A stretch of DNA of 64,000 bases from an uncultured Candidatus Binatia bacterium (GCA_965218425.1 OZ244621.1:1088001-1152000), one strand, 5' to 3'. Counted from the first letter of the stretch, positions 20,728 to 31,580 are shown. Program-made: numbers and translations. The notes: generated by a model not told the origin, from the sequence alone.

Positions 20728-21121
20728 TCGTTGTCGATGCCTCCGCCCTTCTCGAAGTGCTGCTCAACACACCGTCATCGGAGAGAGTGAGCGAACGGTT
20801 GTTCCGTCGCAACGAAACACTGCACGCCCCTCATTTGCTCGATCTCGAGGTTGCCCAGGTCTTGCGGCGTTACACCCCTGCCCGCCAGATGGATGCCGAG
20901 AGGAGCGAGCAAGCGCTTGAGGACCTGACAGATTTACCACTGAACCGTTACCCCCCCACGACGTTTTCCTGCATAGAATCTGGGCGCTCCGGCGCAACCT
21001 GACGGCCTATGATGCAGCATACATCGCTCCTGCGGAAGCGCTCGATGCACCGCTCATTACACGGGACACCGCCCTTGCCAGGTCCCCCGGACACGGTGCG
21101 CACGTCGAACTCATTCGCTAA
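20724..21121 (+). pseudogene. vapC: VapC PIN toxin, frameshifted at a C7 run
   Basis: MIVVDASA...APHLLDLEV. The C-terminal half (IWALRRNLTAYDAAY...LITRD) is in another frame after C7 at 20951-20957. GTGA overlap with the antitoxin stop. Confidence 0.85.
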
Positions 21122-21189
21122 ACGCGCATCGGGAGCTGAGGTCAGTAGAAACTGATGGCAAAAACCAGAATGTTCCCTTATTCAGGCCT

Positions 21190-22167
21190 TCACTGCCCCA
21201 TAACGGTTCCCGGGCCTGGAACCTTGCCATCGTAGAGCTTATCCATAAATCCGCTCTCTTCGATGGACCGGAGCACGTCAAGGTTCCATAGGCTCATTGG
21301 GTTCAGATGGTTGACGATCTCCGGCTCTTCCATAGCCGCCAGGTCGAATGTGTTTTTGATGGCCTCGGCCGTGGGGTAGAGTCGCGGCTCGAGGATGTGG
21401 AAGTTGTGATCGTGAAGATACTTCAAAACTCTTAGGTCTTCGATCCCCAACTCCACCGCTACGTCTTCTTGCATCACTTCCCACATCTCTTCCCGTTTGG
21501 TCTTGATGAAGTGGACTCCCCTGAGCACCGCTTTGGCCACCGCTTCGCACAGATCTCTCCGCTTTTGCAGCGTGGGCCATAGGGTCGTTAAAGTCGTCGC
21601 GAGCACCATGGGGAGCGGCGCGAGGGGGTGGACGTGCAAGCCCTTGCGACGGGCCTCCTCGTCGTCGGGGAGGGATGCAAAGGCCGCAAAGGCCTTTCCT
21701 TCCACGACATCCAGGTACTGCTTGCGACGGTCGCTGGGAACGTATTTGAGCTTGCGGGGATCCACCCCCTCCCGTTTGAGATAAAGGAGGTGGTTACCGG
21801 CGGGGTGCGAGCCGTGATGCGTGTCCGGCGTCGCCTTCGCAATCTCGCTAAAGGTCTGGCCTTCAAGCTCTTTCAAACTCTTGATGGGTTCCTTGGTCAC
21901 CATAACGTCGTCCACCCAATTGACGGTGGAGCCCAGGTACACAAATGGATGGCCATGGTATCTATGGTTGTAGGGGGAGATATGACTGCCGAAAATGAAG
22001 TCACACTCGCCTTTAATCAGCATGGGGTCTGACTGAGCGGCACCCGATACAAACTTCACGCTTTTTAGTTCGATGTCAGCCCGCTCCCAGGCCTTGCAGG
22101 CCTTCATGGCCGCGAGAAGCGGATACTGGATGGGACGGGAACGGTATACTAAATCCAATGGGATCAT
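21190..22167 (-). CDS. NMT1/SsuA-like substrate-binding-fold protein
   Basis: IKSLKELEG and AKAVLRGVHFIK patterns; GGAG RBS; no obvious signal peptide. Confidence 0.65.
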   Translation of the reverse strand: MIPLDLVYRSRPIQYPLLAAMKACKAWERADIELKSVKFVSGAAQSDPMLIKGECDFIFGSHISPYNHRYHGHPFVYLGSTVNWVDDVMVTKEPIKSLKELEGQTFSEIAKATPDTHHGSHPAGNHLLYLKREGVDPRKLKYVPSDRRKQYLDVVEGKAFAAFASLPDDEEARRKGLHVHPLAPLPMVLATTLTTLWPTLQKRRDLCEAVAKAVLRGVHFIKTKREEMWEVMQEDVAVELGIEDLRVLKYLHDHNFHILEPRLYPTAEAIKNTFDLAAMEEPEIVNHLNPMSLWNLDVLRSIEESGFMDKLYDGKVPGPGTVMGQ

Positions 22168-22222
22168 ATGGTTCTCCTTTTTCAGACACTAGATTTTTAA
22201 TTAATGCCTTGCCGGTCTTTGT

Positions 22223-23005
22223 TCACGACCACCGCGTTTTCGGCTTCGGTATGAGCTCCCCTTCAACATAGAGCGCATCGAGCCGCTCATTGAAAAAGCA
22301 GACCTTTCCCGAAACCGTCGCGCATTCCTTCGTGGGATAGGTGTACGACCACGCGATGTCCGCGACAGCCTTGTCTCCCACGGTGACGGAGTAATACCGC
22401 GCGTCCCCCTTGTAGGGACAACGGGAAACCTTCCCGCTGGGAATTAATAGGTCCATGCGCACGTCGACTTTTGGGAGGTAATACCTAACCGGATGGTTCG
22501 GTTCGAAAAGAATGGCCGGCTCCTCCGATTCGGCAATGGTTCGCCCTGCAATGACCACCTTCACATGGCGTGAACTGTCGAGGACATCAATTCTCTTAAA
22601 AGGGTCACGCGCGTGGCCAAAGACCTCGTCTCTTTCCTCGAACCAGGCATCCATCTTGTTCCACTCGAAGGCTATATACCCCTTGAGGAATGAGGTGTCC
22701 GGTGGCGGTGTTGAAAAGCTCCACGCGGCGTTTTCGGCTGTCCTTCCCTTAACGTCAATGGTCCACCAGGCCGCTTCGCCATTATTGGGAGAGGCCGTCT
22801 TTCGGTCCGTCGGTTTAAGAAGGTCCATCCGAACGTCTTCGACGGGGAAGTAGTACACCGGCGGGCCTCCTTCGCGAAGTAAATGGGCTCGCTTGCTATC
22901 CGCAACGGCTTCCCCCCCTAGAAACGCCCGCACCCACTTCGGGCTTTGTACCCAGCGCGGCGCCGGAGCACTAATGAGCCTTCCCGATTCGTCCACCGCT
23001 GACAT
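22223..23005 (-). CDS. Tandem DUF427 domain protein
   Basis: YYFP.EDV, ENAAW, HARDPFKRID and CPYKG motifs; AAGGAGG RBS. Confidence 0.85.
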   Translation of the reverse strand: MSAVDESGRLISAPAPRWVQSPKWVRAFLGGEAVADSKRAHLLREGGPPVYYFPVEDVRMDLLKPTDRKTASPNNGEAAWWTIDVKGRTAENAAWSFSTPPPDTSFLKGYIAFEWNKMDAWFEERDEVFGHARDPFKRIDVLDSSRHVKVVIAGRTIAESEEPAILFEPNHPVRYYLPKVDVRMDLLIPSGKVSRCPYKGDARYYSVTVGDKAVADIAWSYTYPTKECATVSGKVCFFNERLDALYVEGELIPKPKTRWS

Positions 23006-23150
23006 AGGCAACCTCCTTACAAGGATGATACTGGACTATATATGCCAACTCAGGTGACTCGGCAACCCCGTCGCATCTTCACCCCGCCTCTGCGGTGAAA
23101 TGTTCGAATCCTTATTTGCGATGATCCGCGTGAATCTGTGGCTAAGTCTC

Positions 23151-24536
23151 TTAACGCTTCAAGCGAGTCGTCCTCTTCTGTCGCGACCCAAGTACAGCCA
23201 CGACGGATTCCGTCATTATTGCCACGATGCGGTCCAGCTGTGCCCTGGTGGTCACGACGGGAGGCGCCAGCAAGAAGACATCGCCGCGCAGCCGACTGAA
23301 AAGGCCTCGTTCCTGCGCAGCCTCGTGCACTTTCATACCGACCTTTTCGTCCGGCCAATACTCTGCTTTTGTTTCCTTGTCACGTACGAGTTCAACGGCC
23401 ATCATCATCCCGAGGCCCCGAACTTCACCCACATGGGGATGGTCGGAGAGCGATCGTTGCAACTTATCGAGCAGGTAGTCACCCTTCTCCGCCGCCTGTC
23501 CTACTAGGTTTTCCCGTTCAATGATATCGAGATTTCGCAAAGCCACCATGCAACCCACAGGATGCGCACTGTATGTATAGGCGTGCATCCAGACCATCTT
23601 GCCCGTGTCGAGGACCTGCGCGATCTCCTCGCTCACCCCGATACCGCCAAAGGGAAAGTATCCTGAGGTAACCGCCTTGGCGAAAAGCATGATGTCCGGT
23701 TGTACATCCCAGTGTTCCAGGCCAAACATCCTCCCTGTCCGACCGAACCCCGTAATGACTTCGTCCGCCACGAAAAGCACTTCATATCGATTACAGATTT
23801 CCCGGATACGGGTGAAGTAGTCGTCCTGGGGCACAATGACACCGCCAGCCCCCTGCACGGGTTCAGCAAGAAACATCGCTACGGTTTCCGGCCCTTCACG
23901 CAAAATGGCGCGCTCCAACTCGTTGGCGGCGGCAACTCCTTGACTTACCGTGCCGCTCTCAACCGAGGGTGCTTCGTACCGATACGGATACGGGGATGGA
24001 ATGTGAACGAAGCCCGGAACCCGCGGCTCAAACATGGGCCAATAAGTGGAGATTCCAGTGGCGCTCATGGCGGCGAGGGTGACACCGTGATAACCCCACT
24101 GCCGAGATATAACCTTAGTTTTATTTGGCTTACCCTTGAGCTTCCAGTAGTACCGCGCTGTTTTGAAGCTGGACTCGCTCGCCTCACCGCCGCCCGAGGT
24201 AAAAAAGAATCGATTAATTGTAGGATAACTCAACGACGCCAAGCGTTCAGCCAATTCGATGGCGGGTCGATTCGAGCTGCCTGCATACCCCGAGCAGTAC
24301 GGAAGGGTCTCCATTTGCCGTGCCGCTACCTCGGCGAGTTCCCTGCGACCGTGACCCACAAGGACGTTCCAAAGACCCGACAGACCGTCGATGTACTCCT
24401 TGCCGTCCGCATCGGTCAAAGTAGCAGCCGCGCCCTTGACCCAGACATGGCCGCCCTCGTGGAGGGAAGGGTTGTGCAAGGGATGGATCAGATGAGTCCG
24501 ATCACGTGCCAATAGCTCATGATTATCTTTCGCCAT
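23151..24536 (-). CDS. Class III PLP aminotransferase (omega-TA/BioA-like)
   Basis: YIDGLSGLW, GYHG, EPVQGAGG, DEVITGFGRTG, FAKAVTSGY. Confidence 0.92.
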   Translation of the reverse strand: MAKDNHELLARDRTHLIHPLHNPSLHEGGHVWVKGAAATLTDADGKEYIDGLSGLWNVLVGHGRRELAEVAARQMETLPYCSGYAGSSNRPAIELAERLASLSYPTINRFFFTSGGGEASESSFKTARYYWKLKGKPNKTKVISRQWGYHGVTLAAMSATGISTYWPMFEPRVPGFVHIPSPYPYRYEAPSVESGTVSQGVAAANELERAILREGPETVAMFLAEPVQGAGGVIVPQDDYFTRIREICNRYEVLFVADEVITGFGRTGRMFGLEHWDVQPDIMLFAKAVTSGYFPFGGIGVSEEIAQVLDTGKMVWMHAYTYSAHPVGCMVALRNLDIIERENLVGQAAEKGDYLLDKLQRSLSDHPHVGEVRGLGMMMAVELVRDKETKAEYWPDEKVGMKVHEAAQERGLFSRLRGDVFLLAPPVVTTRAQLDRIVAIMTESVVAVLGSRQKRTTRLKR

Positions 24537-24692
24537 GGTAGGGGTATAATCCTTTGGCGGCTTAGAACAACCGATTGCGACTCTTCGCACAAACAAACCG
24601 AGTTTTCAATCAGCCATCATTTGACTTTTACCATAAATCACGAAAAGACTTGGTATTGGCCGTTTTCGTATAAACGTGGGTCACTTCAAACG

Positions 24693-25351
24693 ATGCGAAC
24701 CTTCATGAAAGAGACCGCACTTTTATCGGTTTTGACCCTCAGTAGTTGCCTCTTATTTCCATTTACGGTGCAGGCGGAACCTCAGCGGTACAAACTCGAC
24801 CCTGATAAAAGCAAGCTTTATGTTCAAGTCTACAGGGACGAATCCACCCTCGCCGCTGGCCTGGCGCATCATCACGTTGTATTGGCAACGGGTTGGCGGG
24901 GTCAAGTCCCAGTGAATCCTCAAAATCTTGGCTCGTGTGTCAGAAAAGTATCCGTCCCGGTCGCCGGGCTCCAGCCGGACTCGCCCGAAATGCGCAAACT
25001 CGTTGGTTACAAGAAGATGCTCTCAGAATCCCGGCAAGAATCAGTTGACAAGCACATGCGAGCCAAGAAACAGCCGGACGCCGAGAATTTTCCCGAGATC
25101 ACCTTTAGCGGCCAGAGCTAGAGCGGCACAAAAAAGATTTGCCAGTAAATGGAAAGTTAACGATTGGGGAAAGGCCAAAGTTGTTACTATCCCGTTGGAG
25201 GTTTTCCAAAGCGGTGATAGCATCCGTGCAAAAGGGAACTTCCGCCCAACATAGTGACTTCGGTTTTTCCCCCTACAGCGCCTTCTTTGGCACCGCAAAA
25301 AACCGCCGGGAAATTCTCTTTGTCATCAATAAGGTGGGAGCCGCCAAGTAA
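24693..25351 (+). pseudogene. YceI-family protein, disrupted
   Basis: Signal peptide; YKLDPDKS and ENFPEITF, then TAG at 25119-25121. GKLTI, GKAKVVTIPL and SDFGFSPYS are split across two frames by two compensating shifts. Confidence 0.75.
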
Positions 25352-25427
25352 TGGATACTCGCATGACCTGACCCCGACTCTAGAACCCGACTCCCATCAC
25401 AGGAATCTCAGCGGAACCAGGAAGCCA

Positions 25428-26714
25428 TTGTCAACCGACAAATTTACACTTGACCCGTCGTCTCTCTCGTCTTCTCGTTATGGATTCTTCTACGGCTGGG
25501 TGATCGTGGTCGCGGCGGCCGTCAAAGGCGCATTCATGGTGGGTAGCGCCCAGTTCGCGAGCAGCGTGTTCCTGATACCGATGCAAGCGGAGCTTGGGTG
25601 GAGCCGTACGGTGCTTTTCGGTGCGCTGTCGGTACGAGGCATTGTTACCGGGATGCTCCAGCCTTTTGTTGGACCTTTAGGGGACCATCGCTGGTGGCCG
25701 CATGTTGTGCTGCCGATGGGCGCCGTGTTCATGGGCCTCTCCTTTATGGCCCTCCGATGGGTGCACAGCCCAATGGTCTTCTACCTCTGGTATGGCCTGG
25801 TCGGAGCCATGGGCATGACCCTTATCAGCAACGTGATCATGGACGCCGTCATCTTCAAGTGGTTTATCCGTAAGCGTCCGCAAGTGGTGATGTGGGTCAA
25901 TCAAGGGCCGGGCGTTGCGCCGCTGTTGTTTCCGGTCACGCTGACTGTCCTGATCGGTGCGGTAGGCTGGCGCGACGCCTGGCTGTGGTTTGGCCTGGGC
26001 ACCATCGCGATCTTGCTTCCGTTGGCGCTCATGGTCCGCACGCGTCCCGAGGATATGGGGTTAAGGCCCGACGGCGAACCCGCTCAGCCAACACATGGAT
26101 CCGGGGACCCAGAGGACCGGTCTGCAATAGACGAGCACAGCTATACGCGCTCCGAAGCGATTCGCACGCGCGCCTTCTGGACCCTATCGCTGGCGATGGC
26201 CTTTGGGATCTTCGGCATTCCGGGGTTCCAGGCCCATTGGATTCCGTATTTTCTCGACCTCGGCTTCTCAGCGGAAATCGCCGCGACGGTCGTGTTTGTC
26301 TTCGGCATTTTCGGTGTAACGTCGCGGTTCGTGTGGGCGATTCTGAGCGCAAGGTTTGATGTGAGGCGGGTGTTCATAGGGCAGGCCCTCGCCGCGGCCG
26401 CTGCCGCCGCGCTCGCGCTGCAAATCAACAACCTCGCGTCACTCTTCGTCTGGGCCGCTGTAGCCGGCCTCGTGCTGGTGAGTTTCTTTCAATTGCAGGC
26501 GTTGATTGCCGTGAACTATTTCGGCAGAAGGCACATCGGCGCGGTGAGAGGCGCGATGTGGCCCCTGAGCACGGCGTCGTCGGCCGTAGCGCCGTTCGTG
26601 ATCGGTGTGTTGCGTGACGCGCAGGGGTCCTACAATGGTGCGTTTGTGCTGATTACGGTCACCTGGCTTCTGTGCGCTTTCTTCGTGTTCCTATCGCGAC
26701 CGCTGAATGATTAA
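25428..26714 (+). CDS. MFS transporter
   Basis: FFYGWVIV, WFIRKR and RPEDMGLRPDG motifs; probable TTG start. Confidence 0.85.
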   Translation: MSTDKFTLDPSSLSSSRYGFFYGWVIVVAAAVKGAFMVGSAQFASSVFLIPMQAELGWSRTVLFGALSVRGIVTGMLQPFVGPLGDHRWWPHVVLPMGAVFMGLSFMALRWVHSPMVFYLWYGLVGAMGMTLISNVIMDAVIFKWFIRKRPQVVMWVNQGPGVAPLLFPVTLTVLIGAVGWRDAWLWFGLGTIAILLPLALMVRTRPEDMGLRPDGEPAQPTHGSGDPEDRSAIDEHSYTRSEAIRTRAFWTLSLAMAFGIFGIPGFQAHWIPYFLDLGFSAEIAATVVFVFGIFGVTSRFVWAILSARFDVRRVFIGQALAAAAAAALALQINNLASLFVWAAVAGLVLVSFFQLQALIAVNYFGRRHIGAVRGAMWPLSTASSAVAPFVIGVLRDAQGSYNGAFVLITVTWLLCAFFVFLSRPLND

Positions 26715-26762
26715 CCGAGCCTTCAGGCCGACGGAACAATCGCCATGGGAGGTGCCGTATCA

Positions 26763-27245
26763 CTAATAAGCTGTGCCGTCCTTCCGAACAAACCGCCGCT
26801 TACCGTCAGCACCGGTAACCAACTGCATATCGTCGTCTGGATAGTTAACGGTGTCGCCGGTGCTGCGATCGCCTATTTCGAGATAAGTCACATCGCTATC
26901 CGTGCGGTTGATCAATTGGTGGCCGTCATCTGAGCCGGCCTTGAATCCTGCGCACATACCGGGCCGAAGCAAAGTCTCCCCCTGATCGGTGACCAGGGTC
27001 GGCTGTCCCTCTAAGATATAGATAAACTCGTCTTGAGCCGAATGGGCGTGGCGTAGTGCGGAGGCTCCGCCGGGGGCAAGCTTAGTGAGATTGACACCGA
27101 AATGGGTCAGGCCGAACAGGTCGCCGAGGGGACGCTTTTCACGACCCCCCATGCGGGACGCGAATGGCTCCGGGTATATTGAAGGTCTAATCCGGGGCGG
27201 CGCCTGCGGTGCCAAGATTGTGACCGGGTGTTTTGATCGCTCCAT
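26763..27245 (-). CDS. Cupin domain protein
   Basis: SALRHAHSAQDEFIYILEG, GHQLIN, YPDDD. Confidence 0.85.
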   Translation of the reverse strand: MERSKHPVTILAPQAPPRIRPSIYPEPFASRMGGREKRPLGDLFGLTHFGVNLTKLAPGGASALRHAHSAQDEFIYILEGQPTLVTDQGETLLRPGMCAGFKAGSDDGHQLINRTDSDVTYLEIGDRSTGDTVNYPDDDMQLVTGADGKRRFVRKDGTAY

Positions 27246-27292
27246 AGTGTTTCCTCCAAGATGATTTGAGTTGAGTCGGCCGAATCGACCCG

Positions 27293-27904
27293 TTATTCCC
27301 CTTTAAAGCCCCCGAACACGCCCCGGCTCTCGTCTTGCCAAAAACGGTTGACGTTCACGTAGCCGGCCTGTCTGAGCCAGGATAACTGCTCTTCGAAGGG
27401 CGGACGGGGTCTGTCAAAGTTGAGGAAACATCCCCCGCCCTTCAATAGCGGGAGTATCTCCTGGTAGATGTTTTGCATGATCTTGGGATCGCGCACGTTG
27501 TGAATGGCGATGGCCGAAACGACAGCCTCGAATGGCCCCTCAAGTCCTTGGCTCCAACCGGACTTACCAAAATCACTCTGGATATATCTAAAACGCCCTT
27601 CGTAAGCAGCCATTCGCTGGCGGCCCATTTTGATCATCTCCTGAGAACCGTCCTGGCAGATGGCTGTAGCATTGGGAAAATATCCCAAAAGAAACTGGGT
27701 CAATGCTCCGTATCCCGCTCCCACGTCCAGGATATTGATGGGTTGCCCTTTTTCGTAGGGAATGGTCTGGGCCATCACGCGGAACGCCTCCTGCCGCAAG
27801 GCCTCTTTCTTGTCCTGGCCTTCTGCCCAATGGGAAACGTATTCCGAGGACTCCCAATCGTGGTCGTCGTGTTTATGCCCCGATGCACGTGTTAAAGTTG
27901 CCAT
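27293..27904 (-). CDS. Class I SAM-dependent methyltransferase
   Basis: ILDVGAGYG motif I; LKGGG motif. Confidence 0.85.
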   Translation of the reverse strand: MATLTRASGHKHDDHDWESSEYVSHWAEGQDKKEALRQEAFRVMAQTIPYEKGQPINILDVGAGYGALTQFLLGYFPNATAICQDGSQEMIKMGRQRMAAYEGRFRYIQSDFGKSGWSQGLEGPFEAVVSAIAIHNVRDPKIMQNIYQEILPLLKGGGCFLNFDRPRPPFEEQLSWLRQAGYVNVNRFWQDESRGVFGGFKGE

Positions 27905-28063
27905 TTTTGATCTCCCCACCGGCCATTCTATGAATATAAATTAACCGCTGATGCACGCAGATTACAGCAGATCATAATTTGTTCACCAAGAAAGTCTGAT
28001 TCCTCTTGTCTCTTAAGCTGACCCGTAATAAGGCTCTAACCTCAATGGAAACGATAATCGTGA

Positions 28064-28489
28064 CTATCCCGCAGCGACTTTGATTTTAACGGCCGCCGAT
28101 AGCTTCTCACCGTATGACCGATGGAGGCCGTCCGCGAACTGGAGCGTTAGTGTATAGTCACCCGGAGGCAGGTTTAAAATTGTTTCCGTCTGGCCTTTAC
28201 CGAAATGCCTGTGCGTACTGTCAGTCGGAATCACCTGACCCGGAGCCATGAAGCCCTTGTTGATCAAAATATGGTGATGCCCGGTGTCTTCTACCACCTC
28301 ACCGGCTGGTTTGATCGCGATACCCTCTACCCCCATAACCACCTTGACCGGCCCATTGATCACCGCACCATCTTTTGGCTCTGAAAAGAAAACTCTACCG
28401 GTGGGCTTACCATCCTTCCCGCAACCCATGACTCCCAGAATTGTAACGATGCAAATCACAATGAAATTGCTACTATTAAAAATACGCAT
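28064..28489 (-). CDS. DUF4399 lipoprotein
   Basis: GHHHILI, HFGKGQTE and LQFADGLH motifs; lipobox MGC. Confidence 0.8.
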   Translation of the reverse strand: MRIFNSSNFIVICIVTILGVMGCGKDGKPTGRVFFSEPKDGAVINGPVKVVMGVEGIAIKPAGEVVEDTGHHHILINKGFMAPGQVIPTDSTHRHFGKGQTETILNLPPGDYTLTLQFADGLHRSYGEKLSAAVKIKVAAG

Positions 28490-28572
28490 GCTCACTCCAA
28501 TCTTCTTTATTTTTTCTTTATCCGAAAACTCTAAAAAGATAGACGACAAACAAGTTCCATATCAAACAACAG

Positions 28573-28890
28573 CTAGCCCAGGTCTCTTTTCTTGGCTTCA
28601 AATTCATCTTTGTCGATCTCGCCCCGGGCATAGCGTTGGCGCAAGATTCCCATCGCGGTATCAGACCGCGGTTCTTTTCCCTGACCCAGAAGCCACCGTA
28701 TACCGACTATGAGACCTACAATCAATAGTGCCCAAAACAAGATCATCATGAACATCATTCCGAATCCCCAGGCCCCCCACCACATGGGATGCATTCCCCC
28801 ACCCCATCCATCCGGACGCGGCTGAGCCAAAAGCAAACCAGGAGTCGCCCATACGACCAGCATCAAAACCATTTGCACTACCTTAGACAT
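28573..28890 (-). CDS. SHOCT-domain membrane protein
   Basis: ILRQRYARGEIDKDEFE; Gly/Met/Trp-rich N-terminus. Confidence 0.85.
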   Translation of the reverse strand: MSKVVQMVLMLVVWATPGLLLAQPRPDGWGGGMHPMWWGAWGFGMMFMMILFWALLIVGLIVGIRWLLGQGKEPRSDTAMGILRQRYARGEIDKDEFEAKKRDLG

Positions 28891-29084
28891 TACGGCTCCA
28901 TTAAAAATTTGTTCGCCGCAGAGTACGCAGAGAGTTATTATTAAAAGAAATTTAACCGCAGACTTAACAGATTAACGCAGATACAATTTTTATGCCCTTC
29001 GGACATTTCTCGGCCGTTTCGGCCGAAAGCAAATCTGTATCCGTCTGCGTCCATCTGCGGCTAGTCACTCTTAACGCTTTGCGA

Positions 29085-30287
29085 TTAGCCTTCGTCCACC
29101 TGGACCGCCCCCGGGGGCAGCGGTAATCTCGCCAGGCCAGTTCTTGGCTTCCATTTCTTGCCGGGTAGGCCCTTTTTGATGGCATCCAGTTCACGGCGAA
29201 AAACTTTCCGCAAGAGAATGATTCCGGCGTCCGATTTCCCCAGCCGCTCCTGGGACCGGTCAACAATGGCGCCCTGACCTACTTGCGCAATGTAGTCCTG
29301 GGCGGCCACCAGTTGCACGGAATTGTGAAAGTCAAAATAGGGCGCCTCGCGAAATAGCTTCTTACTGTCGTCTGCGGGATTACACCTCGGAGACGAGGCG
29401 GCCCACTCTTCGTATTCGTTAACGGCCTCACCTCTCAGGGGAGTGCTTCGGGCACTGAACTGTGCCGTATGTTCGTTATCCACCGGGACAAAGGTGTTGA
29501 AGACATCCGTCCAGGGGTTTTCGCTCGGACGAGGACCATCCGGAGTAACGATGTGGTTGCAATTGGGCCATGAAATCTCGCTTATACGGATATTGTCCGG
29601 TGACCTTTCGGCAATCTGACGAATCCCCCACTCCGTCTCTTCGTACCTAAGCGCAGGAATATCGGTACTGACCTTACTGCCCAACGCCGTGCGCCGATGA
29701 ACGAAGCTCACATGGGCTGCGTCAAAGGAGTTTTCCAGCCTCTGCAACCAATTACATGGCCAGATGAACGAAAACGCATACTTAATCCCAAATTCCCGGT
29801 CCAATTCGGCCCTACGGGGAAAGACAGGCGGCTCACCTTCACCCATAAAAGCGAATATCAATCCGGCATACTCGTTTGCCGGATAGCTTGGGATTTTGAC
29901 TTTATCCGCAAAGCCCTCGTCTTCCGCTGGCATCTCTACACATTGACCGGTGCCGTCGTATTTCCAGCCGTGGTAAAAACAACGAATGCATTCCTCCTCG
30001 ACCCACCCGGTGTGCAAAAGAGACAGCCGGTGCGCACAACGGGCTGCAACGATATAGGGTTGACCACTGACACCCCGGAAGAGGGTCAAATCCTCGCCCA
30101 TGATTCTAATGGGCATCGCCCGGCCCGGGGATAACGACGAAGCAACCGCCACTGGTTGCCAACATCGACGCAGTAATTGACCCATCAAAGTCCCCGGTCC
30201 TGTTCGGACAAAATCATCCCATCCGTTGGATTTATGCACGCGCCTGGATCCGGATCGCAGAACCGGCGCAGGAGACCGCTGATTCAT
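29085..30287 (-). CDS. Rieske non-heme iron oxygenase alpha subunit (phthalate dioxygenase-like)
   Basis: CAHR...CFYHGW Rieske motif; ENSFDAAHVSFVH mononuclear Fe motif. Confidence 0.9.
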   Translation of the reverse strand: MNQRSPAPVLRSGSRRVHKSNGWDDFVRTGPGTLMGQLLRRCWQPVAVASSLSPGRAMPIRIMGEDLTLFRGVSGQPYIVAARCAHRLSLLHTGWVEEECIRCFYHGWKYDGTGQCVEMPAEDEGFADKVKIPSYPANEYAGLIFAFMGEGEPPVFPRRAELDREFGIKYAFSFIWPCNWLQRLENSFDAAHVSFVHRRTALGSKVSTDIPALRYEETEWGIRQIAERSPDNIRISEISWPNCNHIVTPDGPRPSENPWTDVFNTFVPVDNEHTAQFSARSTPLRGEAVNEYEEWAASSPRCNPADDSKKLFREAPYFDFHNSVQLVAAQDYIAQVGQGAIVDRSQERLGKSDAGIILLRKVFRRELDAIKKGLPGKKWKPRTGLARLPLPPGAVQVDEG

Positions 30288-30320
30288 AATTCATGCCTTC
30301 GAGTGGAATGACCCACCCCT

Positions 30321-31580
30321 CTACTTTTTACTGGAATAGTTCTCTACTTGCCGCCACACCCGAAAGACGTTGTCCGAGCTGATCTTGTTGATGTCGTTCT
30401 CGCCATAGCCCCGCTCAAGCAAAACACGAAATAGATTGGGATACATGGAAGCGTCTTTGAGACCTGTGGGCAGAGTGTTTCCCAGCCCGTCAAAATCGGA
30501 CCCCAGGCCCACGTGGTCTATTCCAGCCAGCTTCACCACATGGTCGATGTGGTCGGCCACTACCTCCACCGTGGAAAACTTGAATGGATGGATTTTGTCG
30601 TATTCCTTCCTAAACGCCCTTACCCTGGAGTCGCCGCGCCCGGTGATCTTGTTTATCCGTCTGAAGGCACGAATGGTGTTCCGCCGCGCCACATACTGCT
30701 GGTTGGCAAACTTTTCAATGAAACCGGAGCCAAAGTTGATCATAATCACCCCCCCTTTTTTCGCCAGGAGCTTTATTGCCTGGTCGCCCATGTTGCGATG
30801 CCAACCGGGAGTGAAGGCACGCGCGGAAGAGTGCGTTGCGAGCACTGGGGTTTGGCTCAATTCCATTATCTGATAGAAGCTTTCGTCGGACAGGTGGGAG
30901 ACGTCGATCATGATGCCGAGTCGATTCATCTCGGCTACCACCTTTTTTCCAAAAGGGCTGAGCCCCTTCCAAGTGCGGCGATCATCATATGACGAATCGC
31001 AGATTCGGTTATCTTGGGAGTGGGCCAAGGTCATATAACGCACGCCTCGACGGTAAAAGTGTTCCAGGTTGTTTAGGTCACCTTCAATGGCCGCACCGTT
31101 TTCGATGCCCATGGGTAAAGAGATCCGACCCGCGGCAAAATTTCGTTTTACGTCCGCCACGGAACGGGCTTGGGCGAATTTGTCCCGCCCCGCTTTAATC
31201 ACGCCCTCAACGAGATCAATCAAACTATCCGCTAGGGCTTTGGCCCCACCGCTCTCCTGGTACCGTGCCGGAACGTAGATGGACATGAATGGCGCATCGA
31301 GGCCGCCAGCCGCGGCGCGCGGGTAATCGAAGTCTCCCTTGTCTGTACGCTCGTTTACATTCTCAGTAATTTTTCCGTCCTTGCCCTTGGACCGGTTGAG
31401 ACGGTACGGGAGATCGACGTGGCCATCGACGATGATAAAGCGCTTCGCCAGACGTTGGGCTTTGGCATTCAAGTCCGATGAAGCGGTTTGGGCTTTTACA
31501 ACACCGAGTTCACCATTATTAAGGCCGCCGAACCCTACTAGGGCGAATACAACGAAAATTACTATGATGACTCTATGCAT
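30321..31580 (-). CDS. Membrane dipeptidase (peptidase M19), exported
   Basis: DGHVD, GIEN, IDVSH, THSS and GSDFDG motifs; signal peptide. Confidence 0.9.
   Translation of the reverse strand: MHRVIIVIFVVFALVGFGGLNNGELGVVKAQTASSDLNAKAQRLAKRFIIVDGHVDLPYRLNRSKGKDGKITENVNERTDKGDFDYPRAAAGGLDAPFMSIYVPARYQESGGAKALADSLIDLVEGVIKAGRDKFAQARSVADVKRNFAAGRISLPMGIENGAAIEGDLNNLEHFYRRGVRYMTLAHSQDNRICDSSYDDRRTWKGLSPFGKKVVAEMNRLGIMIDVSHLSDESFYQIMELSQTPVLATHSSARAFTPGWHRNMGDQAIKLLAKKGGVIMINFGSGFIEKFANQQYVARRNTIRAFRRINKITGRGDSRVRAFRKEYDKIHPFKFSTVEVVADHIDHVVKLAGIDHVGLGSDFDGLGNTLPTGLKDASMYPNLFRVLLERGYGENDINKISSDNVFRVWRQVENYSSKK

Noticed and set aside
25119..25121. In-frame TAG in YceI as pyrrolysine or readthrough
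   Set aside because: Two further frameshifts follow, so decay is the simpler explanation; no pyl genes are seen.
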